DNA of 64,000 bases from Candidatus Hydrothermarchaeum profundi (GTDB lineage Archaea > Hydrothermarchaeota > Hydrothermarchaeia > Hydrothermarchaeales > Hydrothermarchaeaceae): NCBI GenBank assembly GCA_002011125.2, contig MTMF02000009.1, positions 428,006 to 492,005 of the forward strand. The letters are read 5' to 3'. A model generated the notes under the pieces. That model was not told the origin of the DNA and did not search any database. It saw only the letters and a program-made list of their open reading frames with translations. The stretch's first letter is position 1. Each line of letters begins with the position of its first letter. Below, in pieces: positions 19,592 through 33,266 of the stretch. Position numbers and translations under genes: made by a program.

Positions 19592-20845
19592 ATGGGGAAA
19601 ACCATCTCAGAAAAAATATTAAGTTCCCATTCTAAGAAAGATGTTTACGCTGGAGATATCATTGTAGCAAATATTGACCTAGCAATTGCCCAAGATGGTA
19701 CCGGACCTTTAACTGTCCAAAAAATTCGAGAATTAAATAGAGCAGTAAAAAATCCTTCAAAAACTATATTCTTCATAGACCATGCCTCACCAAGCCCTAG
19801 AAAAGAGCTTTCTGATGCTCATACTATTTTAAGGGAGTTTACAATTGAAAGCGGATGTAAACTCTACGACATTGGATGTGGAATATCACATCAAATAATA
19901 GCTGAAGAATACGTTAATCCCGGAGAAATAGTAATCGGGGCAGATTCCCATACGTGTACAGCTGGAGCTCTTGGTGCCTTCGCTACTGGTATGGGGTCCA
20001 CGGATATTGCTGTAGGGATGGTACTCGGCAAGACTTGGTTCAGAGTACCAGAAACGTATAAAATCTTAGTGACTGGAAAATTGCCTGTAGGAACTTATCC
20101 TAAAGATCTGATTCTTTATATAATAGGTAAGTTAGGCGCTAATGGTGCAACATATAAAGCTTTAGAATTCTCTGGCGAAACTATAGAAAGAATGGAAATG
20201 GCGGGCAGACTTACGCTTACTAATATGGCAGTTGAAGCCGGAGCTAAAACCGGCTTAATAGCAACCGATAAAACTACGGAAGAGTATCTTATCAGACAGG
20301 GAAGAGGAGAGAAATATGTTGAAATCAAGCCAGATAAAGATGCCAATTACAAGAGGGAAATTTATATCGATGCCTCTGATTTAGTGCCGTTGGTTTCAGT
20401 ACCTCATAGAGTGGATAACGTTAAACCAGCCTCGGAGTTATCAGACATAAAATTGGATCAGGTATATATTGGAACTTGCACTAACGGGAGAATAGAAGAT
20501 TTTAGGATTGCCGCTAAAATACTTAGAGGAAAAAAGAGGAACCCTGAAACTCGGCTAATAATCGCTCCTGCTTCTAAAGATGTATATGAGAAGGCCTTAG
20601 AAGAAGGTCTTATAAAGATTTTTTTGAATGCTGGTGCAACCATACTACCCCCTGGCTGTGGACCCTGCGTGGGCGTTCATGGAGGTATCCTTGGAAATGG
20701 AGAAATTTGTTTATCTACGCAAAATAGAAATTTTAAAGGGCGGATGGGAAATCCTGATGCCGAAATATACCTAGCCTCTCCTGCAACCGCTGCTTATTCA
20801 GCATTATCTGGAGTGATCTCAGATCCCCAGGAGGCAATGCTATGA
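19592..20845 (+). CDS. Homoaconitase/3-isopropylmalate dehydratase large subunit (HacA/LeuC)
   Basis: GADSHTCT.GA, GTCTNGR, CGPC.G, RNFKGRMG motifs. Confidence 0.93.
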   Translation: MGKTISEKILSSHSKKDVYAGDIIVANIDLAIAQDGTGPLTVQKIRELNRAVKNPSKTIFFIDHASPSPRKELSDAHTILREFTIESGCKLYDIGCGISHQIIAEEYVNPGEIVIGADSHTCTAGALGAFATGMGSTDIAVGMVLGKTWFRVPETYKILVTGKLPVGTYPKDLILYIIGKLGANGATYKALEFSGETIERMEMAGRLTLTNMAVEAGAKTGLIATDKTTEEYLIRQGRGEKYVEIKPDKDANYKREIYIDASDLVPLVSVPHRVDNVKPASELSDIKLDQVYIGTCTNGRIEDFRIAAKILRGKKRNPETRLIIAPASKDVYEKALEEGLIKIFLNAGATILPPGCGPCVGVHGGILGNGEICLSTQNRNFKGRMGNPDAEIYLASPATAAYSALSGVISDPQEAML

Positions 20846-21339
20846 TTCTTAAAGGGAGAGCTTGGAAATTCGGAGATAATATTAGTACCGATCTAATAGC
20901 ACCTGGGAGATACTTCCATTTAAGAACAAATTTGCCTGAACTTGCCAAACACACATTAGAAGACGCTGATCCAGAGTTTTCAAAAAAGGTAAGAAAAGGC
21001 GACTTTATAGTTGCTGGTGAAAATTTTGGTCTAGGGTCTAGCAGAGAGCACGCTCCACAAATAATTAAGCTCTCAGGAGTCAGTGCAGTTCTCGCAAAAT
21101 CCTTTGCGAGAATCTTTTATCGTAACGCTGTTAATATAGGACTTCCTGTTTTAGAAGCTGACACAGATAAAATAGATAATGGAGACAAAATAGAAGTCGA
21201 TATAGAAAAGGGATTAATCATAAATAATTCTAAAGATATTAAGATTAGATCACAACCCCTACCAGAATTTATGATTAAACTATTAGAAAACGGGGGACTT
21301 ATAGCTTATATTCAAAAATATAAAGACTTAGAAATTTAA
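20842..21339 (+). CDS. Homoaconitase/3-isopropylmalate dehydratase small subunit (HacB/LeuD)
   Basis: GDNISTD.IAPG, NFGLGSSREHAP, SFARIFYRN motifs. Confidence 0.93.
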   Translation: MILKGRAWKFGDNISTDLIAPGRYFHLRTNLPELAKHTLEDADPEFSKKVRKGDFIVAGENFGLGSSREHAPQIIKLSGVSAVLAKSFARIFYRNAVNIGLPVLEADTDKIDNGDKIEVDIEKGLIINNSKDIKIRSQPLPEFMIKLLENGGLIAYIQKYKDLEI

Positions 21340-21369
21340 AAAGAAGGGATGGAGTCTCTAGAAATTTAT

Positions 21370-21465
21370 TTATCCAAATGGGTGGAAAAGCATCCCTATT
21401 ACCATAATCCCCAAGAAATAGGCTATTAAACCTCCAAAAACTATATATCCTAGCGCACTGGGCAT
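21370..21465 (-). CDS. Small 31-aa single-TM peptide MPSALGYIVFGGLIAYFLGIMVIGMLFHPFG (not in ORF track)
   Basis: GGAGGTGA ribosome-binding site (21472-21479) 6 nt before the ATG; fully hydrophobic core; sits in an otherwise empty intergenic gap. Confidence 0.7.
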   Translation of the reverse strand: MPSALGYIVFGGLIAYFLGIMVIGMLFHPFG

Positions 21466-21740
21466 TTTATTTCACCTCCTTGAGCCTCTTTCTGTTGTTA
21501 TGTTCTTTTTACGTGAATATACTAATAGCGAAAAAAAAGAGTAAAATATATGTTAAATGTGATAAAAATAACTAAAAATCTCCGGATGTAATTTACAATT
21601 TTATTGATTTTTCCATAGAATTAAGTAATTAAAACGTAAAAAAGAGTTAACAACATATGTAAATTCGTAGTTTTAATTTAGTTAAACTTGTCCCTAAAAG
21701 ATACGGTTTTTATATTAGTATCTTTAACTATAAGTTCCAA

Positions 21741-22466
21741 ATGTTTACAGAAAAAATTAAACACAAGGATTTAAGCCAAAATTTAGCTGTTTTAACTTCG
21801 GGGGGTAAGGATTCATTATATTCGGCCTATGTAATGTACAAAAGAGGTTTCGACATCTCACATTTTCTAACAATCTTCCCAGAAACTGAGGAGAGTTACA
21901 TGTTTCATTATCCTAATGTCAAACTTACAAAACTTCAAGCAGAAGCTGTGAGTGTCCAGCATTTTGTATCCTATAGTAAAGGTGAAAAGGAGAAGGAACT
22001 CGAAGATCTAAAGTTTCTAATTTCGAAAGTTAAAGGCAAGGTTTCCGGACTAGTTTCTGGAGCCATAGCCTCTGAATATCAGAAAAAAAGGGTAGACGCA
22101 ATATGCCGTCTGATAGGTATAAGGTCATACGCTCCGCTTTGGAATTTAAACCCCAAAAACCTTCTTCATAGCATGCTAAAAGAAAAATTTGAGATAATTA
22201 TAACCTCTGTGGCAGCTAGTGGGCTTGACGAAAGTTGGCTTGGAAGAAAAATTGATTCAAAATGTATTAAAGATCTAATAAAACTGAACGAAAAGTTTGG
22301 GATACATCTAACAGGCGAAGGAGGAGAATATGAAACTCTAGTTATTGATATGCCCTTGTTTAGGAAAAAATTAGAAATTATAGATGCAGAGAAAATATGG
22401 GAAGAAAATTCCGGAAGTTATATTATAAGAAGGGCAAGACTTGTTGAAAAAATTAATATCGAGTGA
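21741..22466 (+). CDS. Diphthine--ammonia ligase (Dph6, PP-loop ATPase)
   Basis: SGGKDS, SYMFH, GAIASEYQ, APLW, GEGGEYET motifs. Confidence 0.9.
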   Translation: MFTEKIKHKDLSQNLAVLTSGGKDSLYSAYVMYKRGFDISHFLTIFPETEESYMFHYPNVKLTKLQAEAVSVQHFVSYSKGEKEKELEDLKFLISKVKGKVSGLVSGAIASEYQKKRVDAICRLIGIRSYAPLWNLNPKNLLHSMLKEKFEIIITSVAASGLDESWLGRKIDSKCIKDLIKLNEKFGIHLTGEGGEYETLVIDMPLFRKKLEIIDAEKIWEENSGSYIIRRARLVEKINIE

Positions 22467-24073
22467 GGATGGAAATAATGATAAAAATCGCTATAGCTCA
22501 AATTAATCCGACAGTTGGAGACTTGGAGGGAAATACAGAAAAAATCATTGAGTATATCAGCCTAGCCAAAAGCAAAGGAGCAAATTTAGTTGTATTTCCT
22601 GAACTCGCTATCACAGGCTATCCCCCAAAAGACCTCCTACTTAAACCCTCATTTATTGAAGACAACCAAAAAAAACTTGATGAAATAATAGAAAACACTC
22701 ATGGAATAGCTGCTGTTGTTGGTTTTGTAGACGGCCTTCGTGAGATATATAATGCCGCGGCCCTTATAAAAGATGGAGAGCTTATTGGAGTCCAACACAA
22801 GACACACCTTCCTAATTACGATGTCTTTGACGAAAAAAGATATTTTACGCCTGCTAAAACTTGCCGTATTTTCGATGTAGAAGGAGTAAAAATAGGTATA
22901 AACATCTGCGAAGATATCTGGGTAGAGGATGGCCCTCCCAAGATTCAATCTAGACTAGGAGCGGAGTTGCTGGTTACTATCAATGCATCTCCATTTCATG
23001 CTGGAAAACTTAAAGAAAGAGAGAAACTCATAGCAAAAAGAGCCAAAGAAAATTGGGTTCCAATAATCTACTGCAATATGGTTGGAGGGCAGGATGACCT
23101 TGTTTTCGATGGCGGAAGTTATATTTTTGATAGAGAAGGCCGGCTCATAGCACGATGTAAACGCTTTGAGGAGGATCTTCTCCTCTGGGAGCCTGAGAGC
23201 AAACCTGAAGTGATTCCTGAAGAGGACCCAATGGAAGAGATTTTTAATGCACTAGTATTAGGGATACGCGATTATGCTAGAAAAAATGGATTCGATAAAG
23301 CAATTATTGGATTGAGCGGTGGTATAGACTCTTCATTAACAGCTGCCTTAGCAACAAAAGCCTTAGGTAGTGAAAATGTTATAGGACTGTCTATGCCCAG
23401 CAGGATAACATCAAATGAAAGTATGGAAGATGCAATGGAAGTTGCAAAAAATCTTGGAATAGCCTATAAAGTTGTACCAATTAGCGAGATAATGGACGCA
23501 TATACTAAAGCCCTCGCAGAGGAATTCAAGGGACTGCCTGAGGATGTAACAGAAGAAAATCTCCAAGCAAGAATCAGAGGAAATTTGCTTTTGGCGTTTT
23601 CTAATAAATTCGGTTATTTAGTGATTTCAACTGGAAATAAATCAGAATTAGCTGTAGGTTATACCACTCTCTATGGCGATATGGCAGGAGGCTTGGCAGC
23701 AATAAGCGATGTCCCTAAGACAATGGTTTATGAACTTGCTAAATTCATTAATATGAAAGAAGGAAAAGAGCTAATACCCAAGAGAGTAATTGAGAAAGAA
23801 CCCTCCGCTGAACTTAGAGTCGGCCAAAAAGACGCAGATGAGATTCCACCATACGAAGTCCTAGATCCTATACTTCACGCCTATATCGAAGAGAATAAAA
23901 GTAAGAGAGAGATTATAGCGATGGGATACGATAGAAAAATCGTTGAAGATATAATTTGGAGAGTTGATCACAATGAATATAAAAGAAAACAAGCCCCAAT
24001 TGGGATAAAAGTGACAACAAAAGCTTTCGGGTTTGGAAGGAGAATGCCAATTACAAACAAATATGGAGGATGA
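22463..24073 (+). CDS. nadE: Glutamine-dependent NAD+ synthetase
   Basis: Nitrilase domain (FPEL, LPNYDVFDEKRYF, ICEDIW) plus synthetase domain (GLSGGIDS, ENLQARIRG, TGNKSE, PSAEL). Confidence 0.96.
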   Translation: MRMEIMIKIAIAQINPTVGDLEGNTEKIIEYISLAKSKGANLVVFPELAITGYPPKDLLLKPSFIEDNQKKLDEIIENTHGIAAVVGFVDGLREIYNAAALIKDGELIGVQHKTHLPNYDVFDEKRYFTPAKTCRIFDVEGVKIGINICEDIWVEDGPPKIQSRLGAELLVTINASPFHAGKLKEREKLIAKRAKENWVPIIYCNMVGGQDDLVFDGGSYIFDREGRLIARCKRFEEDLLLWEPESKPEVIPEEDPMEEIFNALVLGIRDYARKNGFDKAIIGLSGGIDSSLTAALATKALGSENVIGLSMPSRITSNESMEDAMEVAKNLGIAYKVVPISEIMDAYTKALAEEFKGLPEDVTEENLQARIRGNLLLAFSNKFGYLVISTGNKSELAVGYTTLYGDMAGGLAAISDVPKTMVYELAKFINMKEGKELIPKRVIEKEPSAELRVGQKDADEIPPYEVLDPILHAYIEENKSKREIIAMGYDRKIVEDIIWRVDHNEYKRKQAPIGIKVTTKAFGFGRRMPITNKYGG

Positions 24074-24076
24074 GGA

Positions 24077-24940
24077 ATGAAGATAAGTATCATTGGAGCA
24101 GGAAGAGTAGGATCACAAATAGCATTTGTGTTGATGGAACGTGGCCTATGTGATGAAATTGTTATAATCGATATCATAAAGGATCGAGCGCAAGGGGAAG
24201 CTCTCGACCTTTTACATTGCTCATCAGAAATTGATAAAAAAATAAAAATCTCTGGTGGAGATGATTATTCATTGGTCAACGGCTCTGAGATTATTATAAT
24301 TACAGCAGGCGTAGCACGTAAACCTGGAGATACTCGGTTGGACCTAGCTAAAAAGAATTCTCAGATAATGCAAGATATCGTAAGAAGACTTCCAAAAGAG
24401 GGGCTGATCTTAGTAGTCTCTAATCCTGTGGACGTGATGACCTATCAAGTACTTAAGAGTACCAATAAAGATAAAACTGAGGTATTTGGACTTGGAACGA
24501 TGCTTGATACCATGAGATTACGGTCATTACTCTTAGAGAAATATGGAAAATGTGATGAAGTATATATAATTGGAGAACACGGTGACAGCATGATTCCAGT
24601 ATTCGGAAAACTTGCAGAAAGAGGTAATATGAATGAATTGAAATCAGTCTTTGAGAATGTAAGAAAAGGAGCAGCAGAAGTAATTAAGCTTAAAGGTGCT
24701 ACCGTGTTCGCCCCTGCCGTTGCTGTCGCCAAAGTAGTGCAGAGCGTGGTTAGAGATGAAAGAAAGATATTACCTATCTCAGCTCTGCGAGAGGAGTATG
24801 GGGTATGTATAAGTCTGCCTACCATAATAGGTAAGAAGGGTGCTAACTTTATAGATTTCGAGCTAAATGAAGAAGAAAAAGACGGATTATTAAAGTCAGT
24901 AGAAGTTCTAAAAAAAGCAAAAGAACAACTACATCTTTAG
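24077..24940 (+). CDS. mdh: LDH-like malate dehydrogenase
   Basis: GAGRVG, ARKPGDTRLDL (Arg in the specificity loop), NPVD, LDTMR, GEHGD motifs. Confidence 0.85.
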   Translation: MKISIIGAGRVGSQIAFVLMERGLCDEIVIIDIIKDRAQGEALDLLHCSSEIDKKIKISGGDDYSLVNGSEIIIITAGVARKPGDTRLDLAKKNSQIMQDIVRRLPKEGLILVVSNPVDVMTYQVLKSTNKDKTEVFGLGTMLDTMRLRSLLLEKYGKCDEVYIIGEHGDSMIPVFGKLAERGNMNELKSVFENVRKGAAEVIKLKGATVFAPAVAVAKVVQSVVRDERKILPISALREEYGVCISLPTIIGKKGANFIDFELNEEEKDGLLKSVEVLKKAKEQLHL

Positions 24941-25657
24941 TACTCTAGCAATATTTTTCCAGAGTATAAGCTCTTTAACATCCTTATTTAACTCTATTTC
25001 CTCAAATTTTTCTATGAGTTCTTTTCTCATATTAGAGTAAGGAGAATCAGATCCCGCAATTATTCTCCTTGGTCCAAGCCTCACTAAGGCCTCTTTTATC
25101 TTGTTAAGGTTCCACGCTTTCACCGTACCTAAGTATAGGTTTTTATGCTCTTCACACACCTCTATGAAATTCTCTCCACGCATATGAGCTAGGATAATAA
25201 TGGCGTCAGGGACTTCCCCAGCAAGTTTACCTATACCTTCATTAGGAGATTCCTTTTTCCCATTATCGAAAACTACAGGTACACCGTGCTCAGCAGCTTT
25301 TTTTATTACTTCTAAAACATAGGGATGATCTAGAGTAAATGCCTGAGCCGTAGGATGTAACTTAACTCCTTTTAACCCTAATTCATTAATGCTTCTTTCT
25401 AGTTCTTCTAAGGTCTTTTCTTCAAAATTAGGATCCAATCTACAAAAGCCTATAAGATGCTCAGGATATTTTTCAACTGCGGAGGAAACTGCGTTATTAG
25501 CTTTAGAAAAAGAAATACCAGGATCTATATCATTAAAAGGGAATACAATGGCTTTATCTACACCAATATCCTCCATAGAATTAACTAATTCCTCAGGAGT
25601 CAAAGTAGCCCCGTCTTTGTCGGGCCCTCCCATATGAACATGAGAATCAATTATCAT
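24929..25657 (-). CDS. Amidohydrolase family 2 metal-dependent hydrolase
   Basis: IIDSHVH, GVKLHP, LAHM, GSDSP motifs. Confidence 0.85.
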   Translation of the reverse strand: MIIDSHVHMGGPDKDGATLTPEELVNSMEDIGVDKAIVFPFNDIDPGISFSKANNAVSSAVEKYPEHLIGFCRLDPNFEEKTLEELERSINELGLKGVKLHPTAQAFTLDHPYVLEVIKKAAEHGVPVVFDNGKKESPNEGIGKLAGEVPDAIIILAHMRGENFIEVCEEHKNLYLGTVKAWNLNKIKEALVRLGPRRIIAGSDSPYSNMRKELIEKFEEIELNKDVKELILWKNIARVLKM

Positions 25658-25700
25658 AGAATAAAAAGGAATATGACAATAAGGTTATATATTTTTCTAG

Positions 25701-27077
25701 TCACAATTGCCTAATTTCATTTAATAGCCGGGTACATACTTCACGAGCATCCCCAAAAAGCATCATTGTATTCTTTTTATAAAATAACTCATTATCTATT
25801 CCTGCGTATCCCGGGTTGAGGCTACGCTTTATTACAATAATATTATGAGCTTTGTCTACATCTAAGATAGGCATACCATACAGAGGGCTATTAACATCGT
25901 GACGAGCTACAGGATTTACAATATCATTTGCACCAACAACTAAAACAACATCAGTTCTACTAAACTCAGGGTTAATTTCCTCCATGCTATACATTTTATC
26001 ATAGGGGACCTCTGCTTCAGCAAGCAAAACATTCATATGCCCCGGCATTCTCCCAGCAACTGGATGAATTGCAAACTTAACTTCTACTCCTCGTTTCTCA
26101 AGCTGTTCAGCGATCTCGCTTACCACATGCTGTGCTCTCGCTGCAGCCATACCATACCCTGGAACTATAACTAGAGAACGAGCATACACTAACATAGTTG
26201 CTGCTTCCTCAATTCCAATTGAGTTAACGTTCTTTTCTTCAGATTTAAAAGATACTCCTCTATCTTCAAAAACACCAAACAATATATTTTTTAATGAACG
26301 ATTCATCGCTTTACTCATAATCCTTGTGAGTATAATACCTGAAGCTCCAACAAGTGCGCCTGAGATAATTAAAATATTATTCATAATTACAAACCCGGTC
26401 GCAGAAGCTGCGATCCCTGAAAAAGAATTCAGGAGAGCTATCGCTACTGGCATATCAGCTCCTCCTATCGGAATTACGAATAATATACCTAAAACTAATG
26501 AAAGCCCGATGAGAAAAAGAAATATTAATGGTTCTCTGCGAAGCATGATAAGATATCCTGACCCAATGAGAAAAGATAAGAATAATGATACGCTAAAATA
26601 CTGGTGAAGAGGGATTTTTATTGGTTTCAATGAAATTATTTTTTGTAATTTTCCAAATGCGATCATACTACCTGAAAAGGTAATCCCGCCTATAAATAGC
26701 CCGAGTACTATAGTGACTAACATATAAGGAGGTATAAAATCCTCCTTGGACATCCAAAACTCTCCAACTGAGATAATTGCAGACGCTCCTCCCCCAAAAC
26801 CATTAAAAAGTCCTACCATTTGAGGCATTGCAGTCATTTTCACTTTCTTAGCTGCAATTGCCCCCAGAATAGATCCTATAATTAGTCCAAGTAAAATAAT
26901 TTGATAATCTATTATAGACTTATTTAAAAGTGTTACTACTATAGCAATAAACATTCCGGTAGAGGCACGTAAGTTGCCTCTGCGAGCAGTTATTGGAGAA
27001 CCTAAGTCATGTAAACCGATAATGAATAGCGAGGCAGAAACAAGGTATGCTATCTCTACTAATGCTTGAACGTTCAT
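25701..27077 (-). CDS. pntB: Proton-translocating NAD(P) transhydrogenase beta subunit
   Basis: MTAMPQMV, IGGADMPV, VPGYGMA, HPVAGRMPGHMNVLLAEA, GANDIVNP, KRS motifs. Confidence 0.96.
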   Translation of the reverse strand: MNVQALVEIAYLVSASLFIIGLHDLGSPITARRGNLRASTGMFIAIVVTLLNKSIIDYQIILLGLIIGSILGAIAAKKVKMTAMPQMVGLFNGFGGGASAIISVGEFWMSKEDFIPPYMLVTIVLGLFIGGITFSGSMIAFGKLQKIISLKPIKIPLHQYFSVSLFLSFLIGSGYLIMLRREPLIFLFLIGLSLVLGILFVIPIGGADMPVAIALLNSFSGIAASATGFVIMNNILIISGALVGASGIILTRIMSKAMNRSLKNILFGVFEDRGVSFKSEEKNVNSIGIEEAATMLVYARSLVIVPGYGMAAARAQHVVSEIAEQLEKRGVEVKFAIHPVAGRMPGHMNVLLAEAEVPYDKMYSMEEINPEFSRTDVVLVVGANDIVNPVARHDVNSPLYGMPILDVDKAHNIIVIKRSLNPGYAGIDNELFYKKNTMMLFGDAREVCTRLLNEIRQL

Positions 27078-27361
27078 TCCCTTCCCCTTTTGAACATTTT
27101 AAGCATACGGTCTGTAACCAAGAATCCTCCTACTACATTTATAGTTGCAAGTATTATAGCTAATAGCCCTAATATCTTCAAAGCTCCTTTTTCCTGAGAA
27201 CCCGCCGTTACTAGAGCTCCTATTAATACTATCCCAGAGATAGCATTTGCACCTGACATAAGGGGAGTATGGAGCGTAGGAGGAACCTTTCTAATAACTT
27301 CAAATCCAACAAATATTGCCAAAATAAAAATATACAAGCCTGTTATTATTGCATCAACCAT
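27074..27361 (-). CDS. pntAB: NAD(P) transhydrogenase alpha-2 (membrane) subunit
   Basis: VPPTLHTPLMSGANAISG, NVVGGF.VTDRML motifs. Confidence 0.95.
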   Translation of the reverse strand: MVDAIITGLYIFILAIFVGFEVIRKVPPTLHTPLMSGANAISGIVLIGALVTAGSQEKGALKILGLLAIILATINVVGGFLVTDRMLKMFKRGRE

Positions 27362-27374
27362 TTAGTCGCTTCAC

Positions 27375-28511
27375 CTACTGAACTTCGCCTAACTTTCTTA
27401 GAACTTCCTCATTCCTAATCACGCCGTTGTATACAATGCAAGACCTATTTATTATTTCATCAGCAAAGTCTATTCTTAATTTGCCATCCCTTACTATATA
27501 TTGTAAAAAGGAAGATATGTTATTTGAGTACATTTCACTAGCATGAACTTGCATTGAGGAAGGTAAATTAATAGCTCCTATGATTTTGACTCCATTATAA
27601 ACTACCTCTTTTCCAGCTATAGTTAACTCGCAATTACCGCCTCGTTCTGCAGCCAAATCTACTATCACCGATCCGGGCTTCATCTTTTTAACCATGTCTT
27701 TTGTTATAAGCACTGGCGCTTTTTTCCCATAAACCGAAGCAGTCGTTATTATGACATCGTACATTTCTATATATTGAGCTAATATCTCTTGTTCACGAAT
27801 TTTAGTCTCTTCAGAGACCTCCTTTATATAACCCTCTTCATCAGAATTTTCTTTAACTATAGTTATTTCTAAGAACTTTGCTCCAACGCTTTCGACTTCC
27901 TCTTTTACTTCAGGCCTTACATCAAAAGCCTCTACAACAGCCCCTAAACGCTTAGCTGTTGCTATCGCCTGTAGGCCTGCAACACCTGCTCCTATGACCA
28001 AAACTTTAATAGGCACAGTAGTTCCTGCCGCTGTTATCATCATGGGAAAAAGCTTTCCAATCGAATCTGCTGCAATTATAACGGACTTGTATCCTGCTAG
28101 ATTAGCTTGCGATGTTAAAGCATCCATATTTTGGGCTCTACTTATTCTTGGTATCATATCCATGCTAAAAGTGTTAATATTCCTAGATGCCAAAAGCTTG
28201 ACCAATTTTAGATTTACAAAGGGATCAATAAAACCTATAATAGTAGAACCGGACCGAAGCGTTTCTATTTCCTTCTGCCTAGGGGGTCTAATCTTTAGTA
28301 TAATATCAGATTCCCCCCAGATTTTTTTTACATCAGAAATGATTTGAGCGCCCATCTCAACATACTGATAGTCATAAAAAAATGATTTTTCTCCAGCCCC
28401 TGATTCTACCCATACCTTGAATCTTTTTTTTAAAAGTTTGCTTACCGCTGATGGAACCAAAGCAACTCTATTTTCTCCGGGATCTACTTCTTTTGGAACC
28501 GCTATAATCAT
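27375..28511 (-). CDS. pntAA: NAD(P) transhydrogenase alpha-1 (NAD-binding) subunit
   Basis: E.RVAL.P, PRISRAQ.MDAL.SQAN.AGY, GAGVAGLQA, DLAAE.GGNC motifs. Confidence 0.95.
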   Translation of the reverse strand: MIIAVPKEVDPGENRVALVPSAVSKLLKKRFKVWVESGAGEKSFFYDYQYVEMGAQIISDVKKIWGESDIILKIRPPRQKEIETLRSGSTIIGFIDPFVNLKLVKLLASRNINTFSMDMIPRISRAQNMDALTSQANLAGYKSVIIAADSIGKLFPMMITAAGTTVPIKVLVIGAGVAGLQAIATAKRLGAVVEAFDVRPEVKEEVESVGAKFLEITIVKENSDEEGYIKEVSEETKIREQEILAQYIEMYDVIITTASVYGKKAPVLITKDMVKKMKPGSVIVDLAAERGGNCELTIAGKEVVYNGVKIIGAINLPSSMQVHASEMYSNNISSFLQYIVRDGKLRIDFADEIINRSCIVYNGVIRNEEVLRKLGEVQ

Positions 28512-28592
28512 TTTATTTCACCTTATATTCAAAATATTCTTAGGATGTATAAAAAAATTCATAAAAAATTTGAAATACCCTCGCGATAAAAT

Positions 28593-29863
28593 ATGGCTAT
28601 GAAATTTGAAAAATTAGAACCTCCAAGCGATGGTAAAAGAATAAGAGTTAAGAAAGGTAAACTCATCGTCCCTGATAACCCAATAATACCAGTAATTTAT
28701 GGTGACGGCATAGGTCCTGAAGTAGTAGAAGTTGCTATTAATGTTCTTTCAGCGGCCGTAGATCACGCTTATCAAGGAAATAAAAAGATAAAATGGCTTG
28801 AAGTATTTGCAGGGAATAGGGCTAAAGAACTTTATGGAGAACTATTACCAGAAGAAACATTAAAGGCCATAAAGCACTATTGTGTAGCTTTGAAGGGTCC
28901 TTTAACAACCCCTATAGGAGGAGGTTTTAGAAGTCTAAATGTTACATTACGTCAGACGTTAGATCTTTATGCCTGTGTGAGACCTGTCTATTATCTAGAA
29001 GGGGTTCCTAGCCCAGTAAAACATCCTGAAAAAATGAATATAGTTATTTTTAGGGAAAATACTGAGGATGTTTACGCTGGTATTGAGTGGAAGAAAGATA
29101 GTGAAGATGCAAAAAAAATTATAGAGTTCTTATACCAAGAATTTGGAATAAGAATTAGGGAAGACTCTGGTATAGGAGTGAAACCGATCAGCGAGTTTGG
29201 AACAAAGAGGCTGGTAAGAAAAGCTATTCAATATGCTATAGATATGAGGAGGAAAAGTGTGACCCTTGTTCACAAAGGGAATATCATGAAATATACAGAA
29301 GGTGCTTTTAGGGACTGGGGATATGAAGTTGCGAAAGATGAATTTGACGACAGGATTATTACCGAACAAGAACTGTGGGAGAAATACGATGGAAAACAGC
29401 CTGAAGAAAAGATTGTAATAAAAGATAGACTTGCTGATAACATGTTCCAACAAATTCTTACTAGGACTGAGGAATATGATGTATTAGCGATGCCAAATTT
29501 GAATGGAGATTACTTTAGTGATGCCGCTGCAGCTCAGGTGGGAGGCCTTGGAGTAGCCCCTGGGGGAAATATTGGGGACTACATTGGTATATTCGAAGCT
29601 ACACATGGCACTGCCCCAAAATATGCTGGACTTAATAAAGTAAATCCAATATCAATTATACTATCTGGAGTAATGATGCTTGAATATATAGGATGGAACG
29701 AAGCAGCCAAACTAATAGTTAAAGGAATTAAAAAAACGGTTAAACAGAAATTAGTAACCTACGACCTCGCAAGACAGATGAAAGATGCAACCGAAGTTAA
29801 AACTGCAGAATTCGGTAATTATGTAATAAAAAATATAAAAGAGACAAAACTTTTTAAGAGAAT

Positions 29864-29867
<4 letters not shown>
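28593..29867 (+). CDS. icd: Isocitrate dehydrogenase (NADP, E. coli-type)
   Basis: [54 protein letters not shown] motifs. Confidence 0.96.
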
Positions 29868-33232
<3,365 letters not shown>

Positions 33233-33266
33233 AGTGATAACATAAAAAAAAATTGAGATAATTATT

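Noticed and set aside
18413-21339. Evidence for methanogenesis (coenzyme B AksA/D/E)
   Set aside because: The same families serve lysine and leucine synthesis, and no mcr or mtr genes are in the window.
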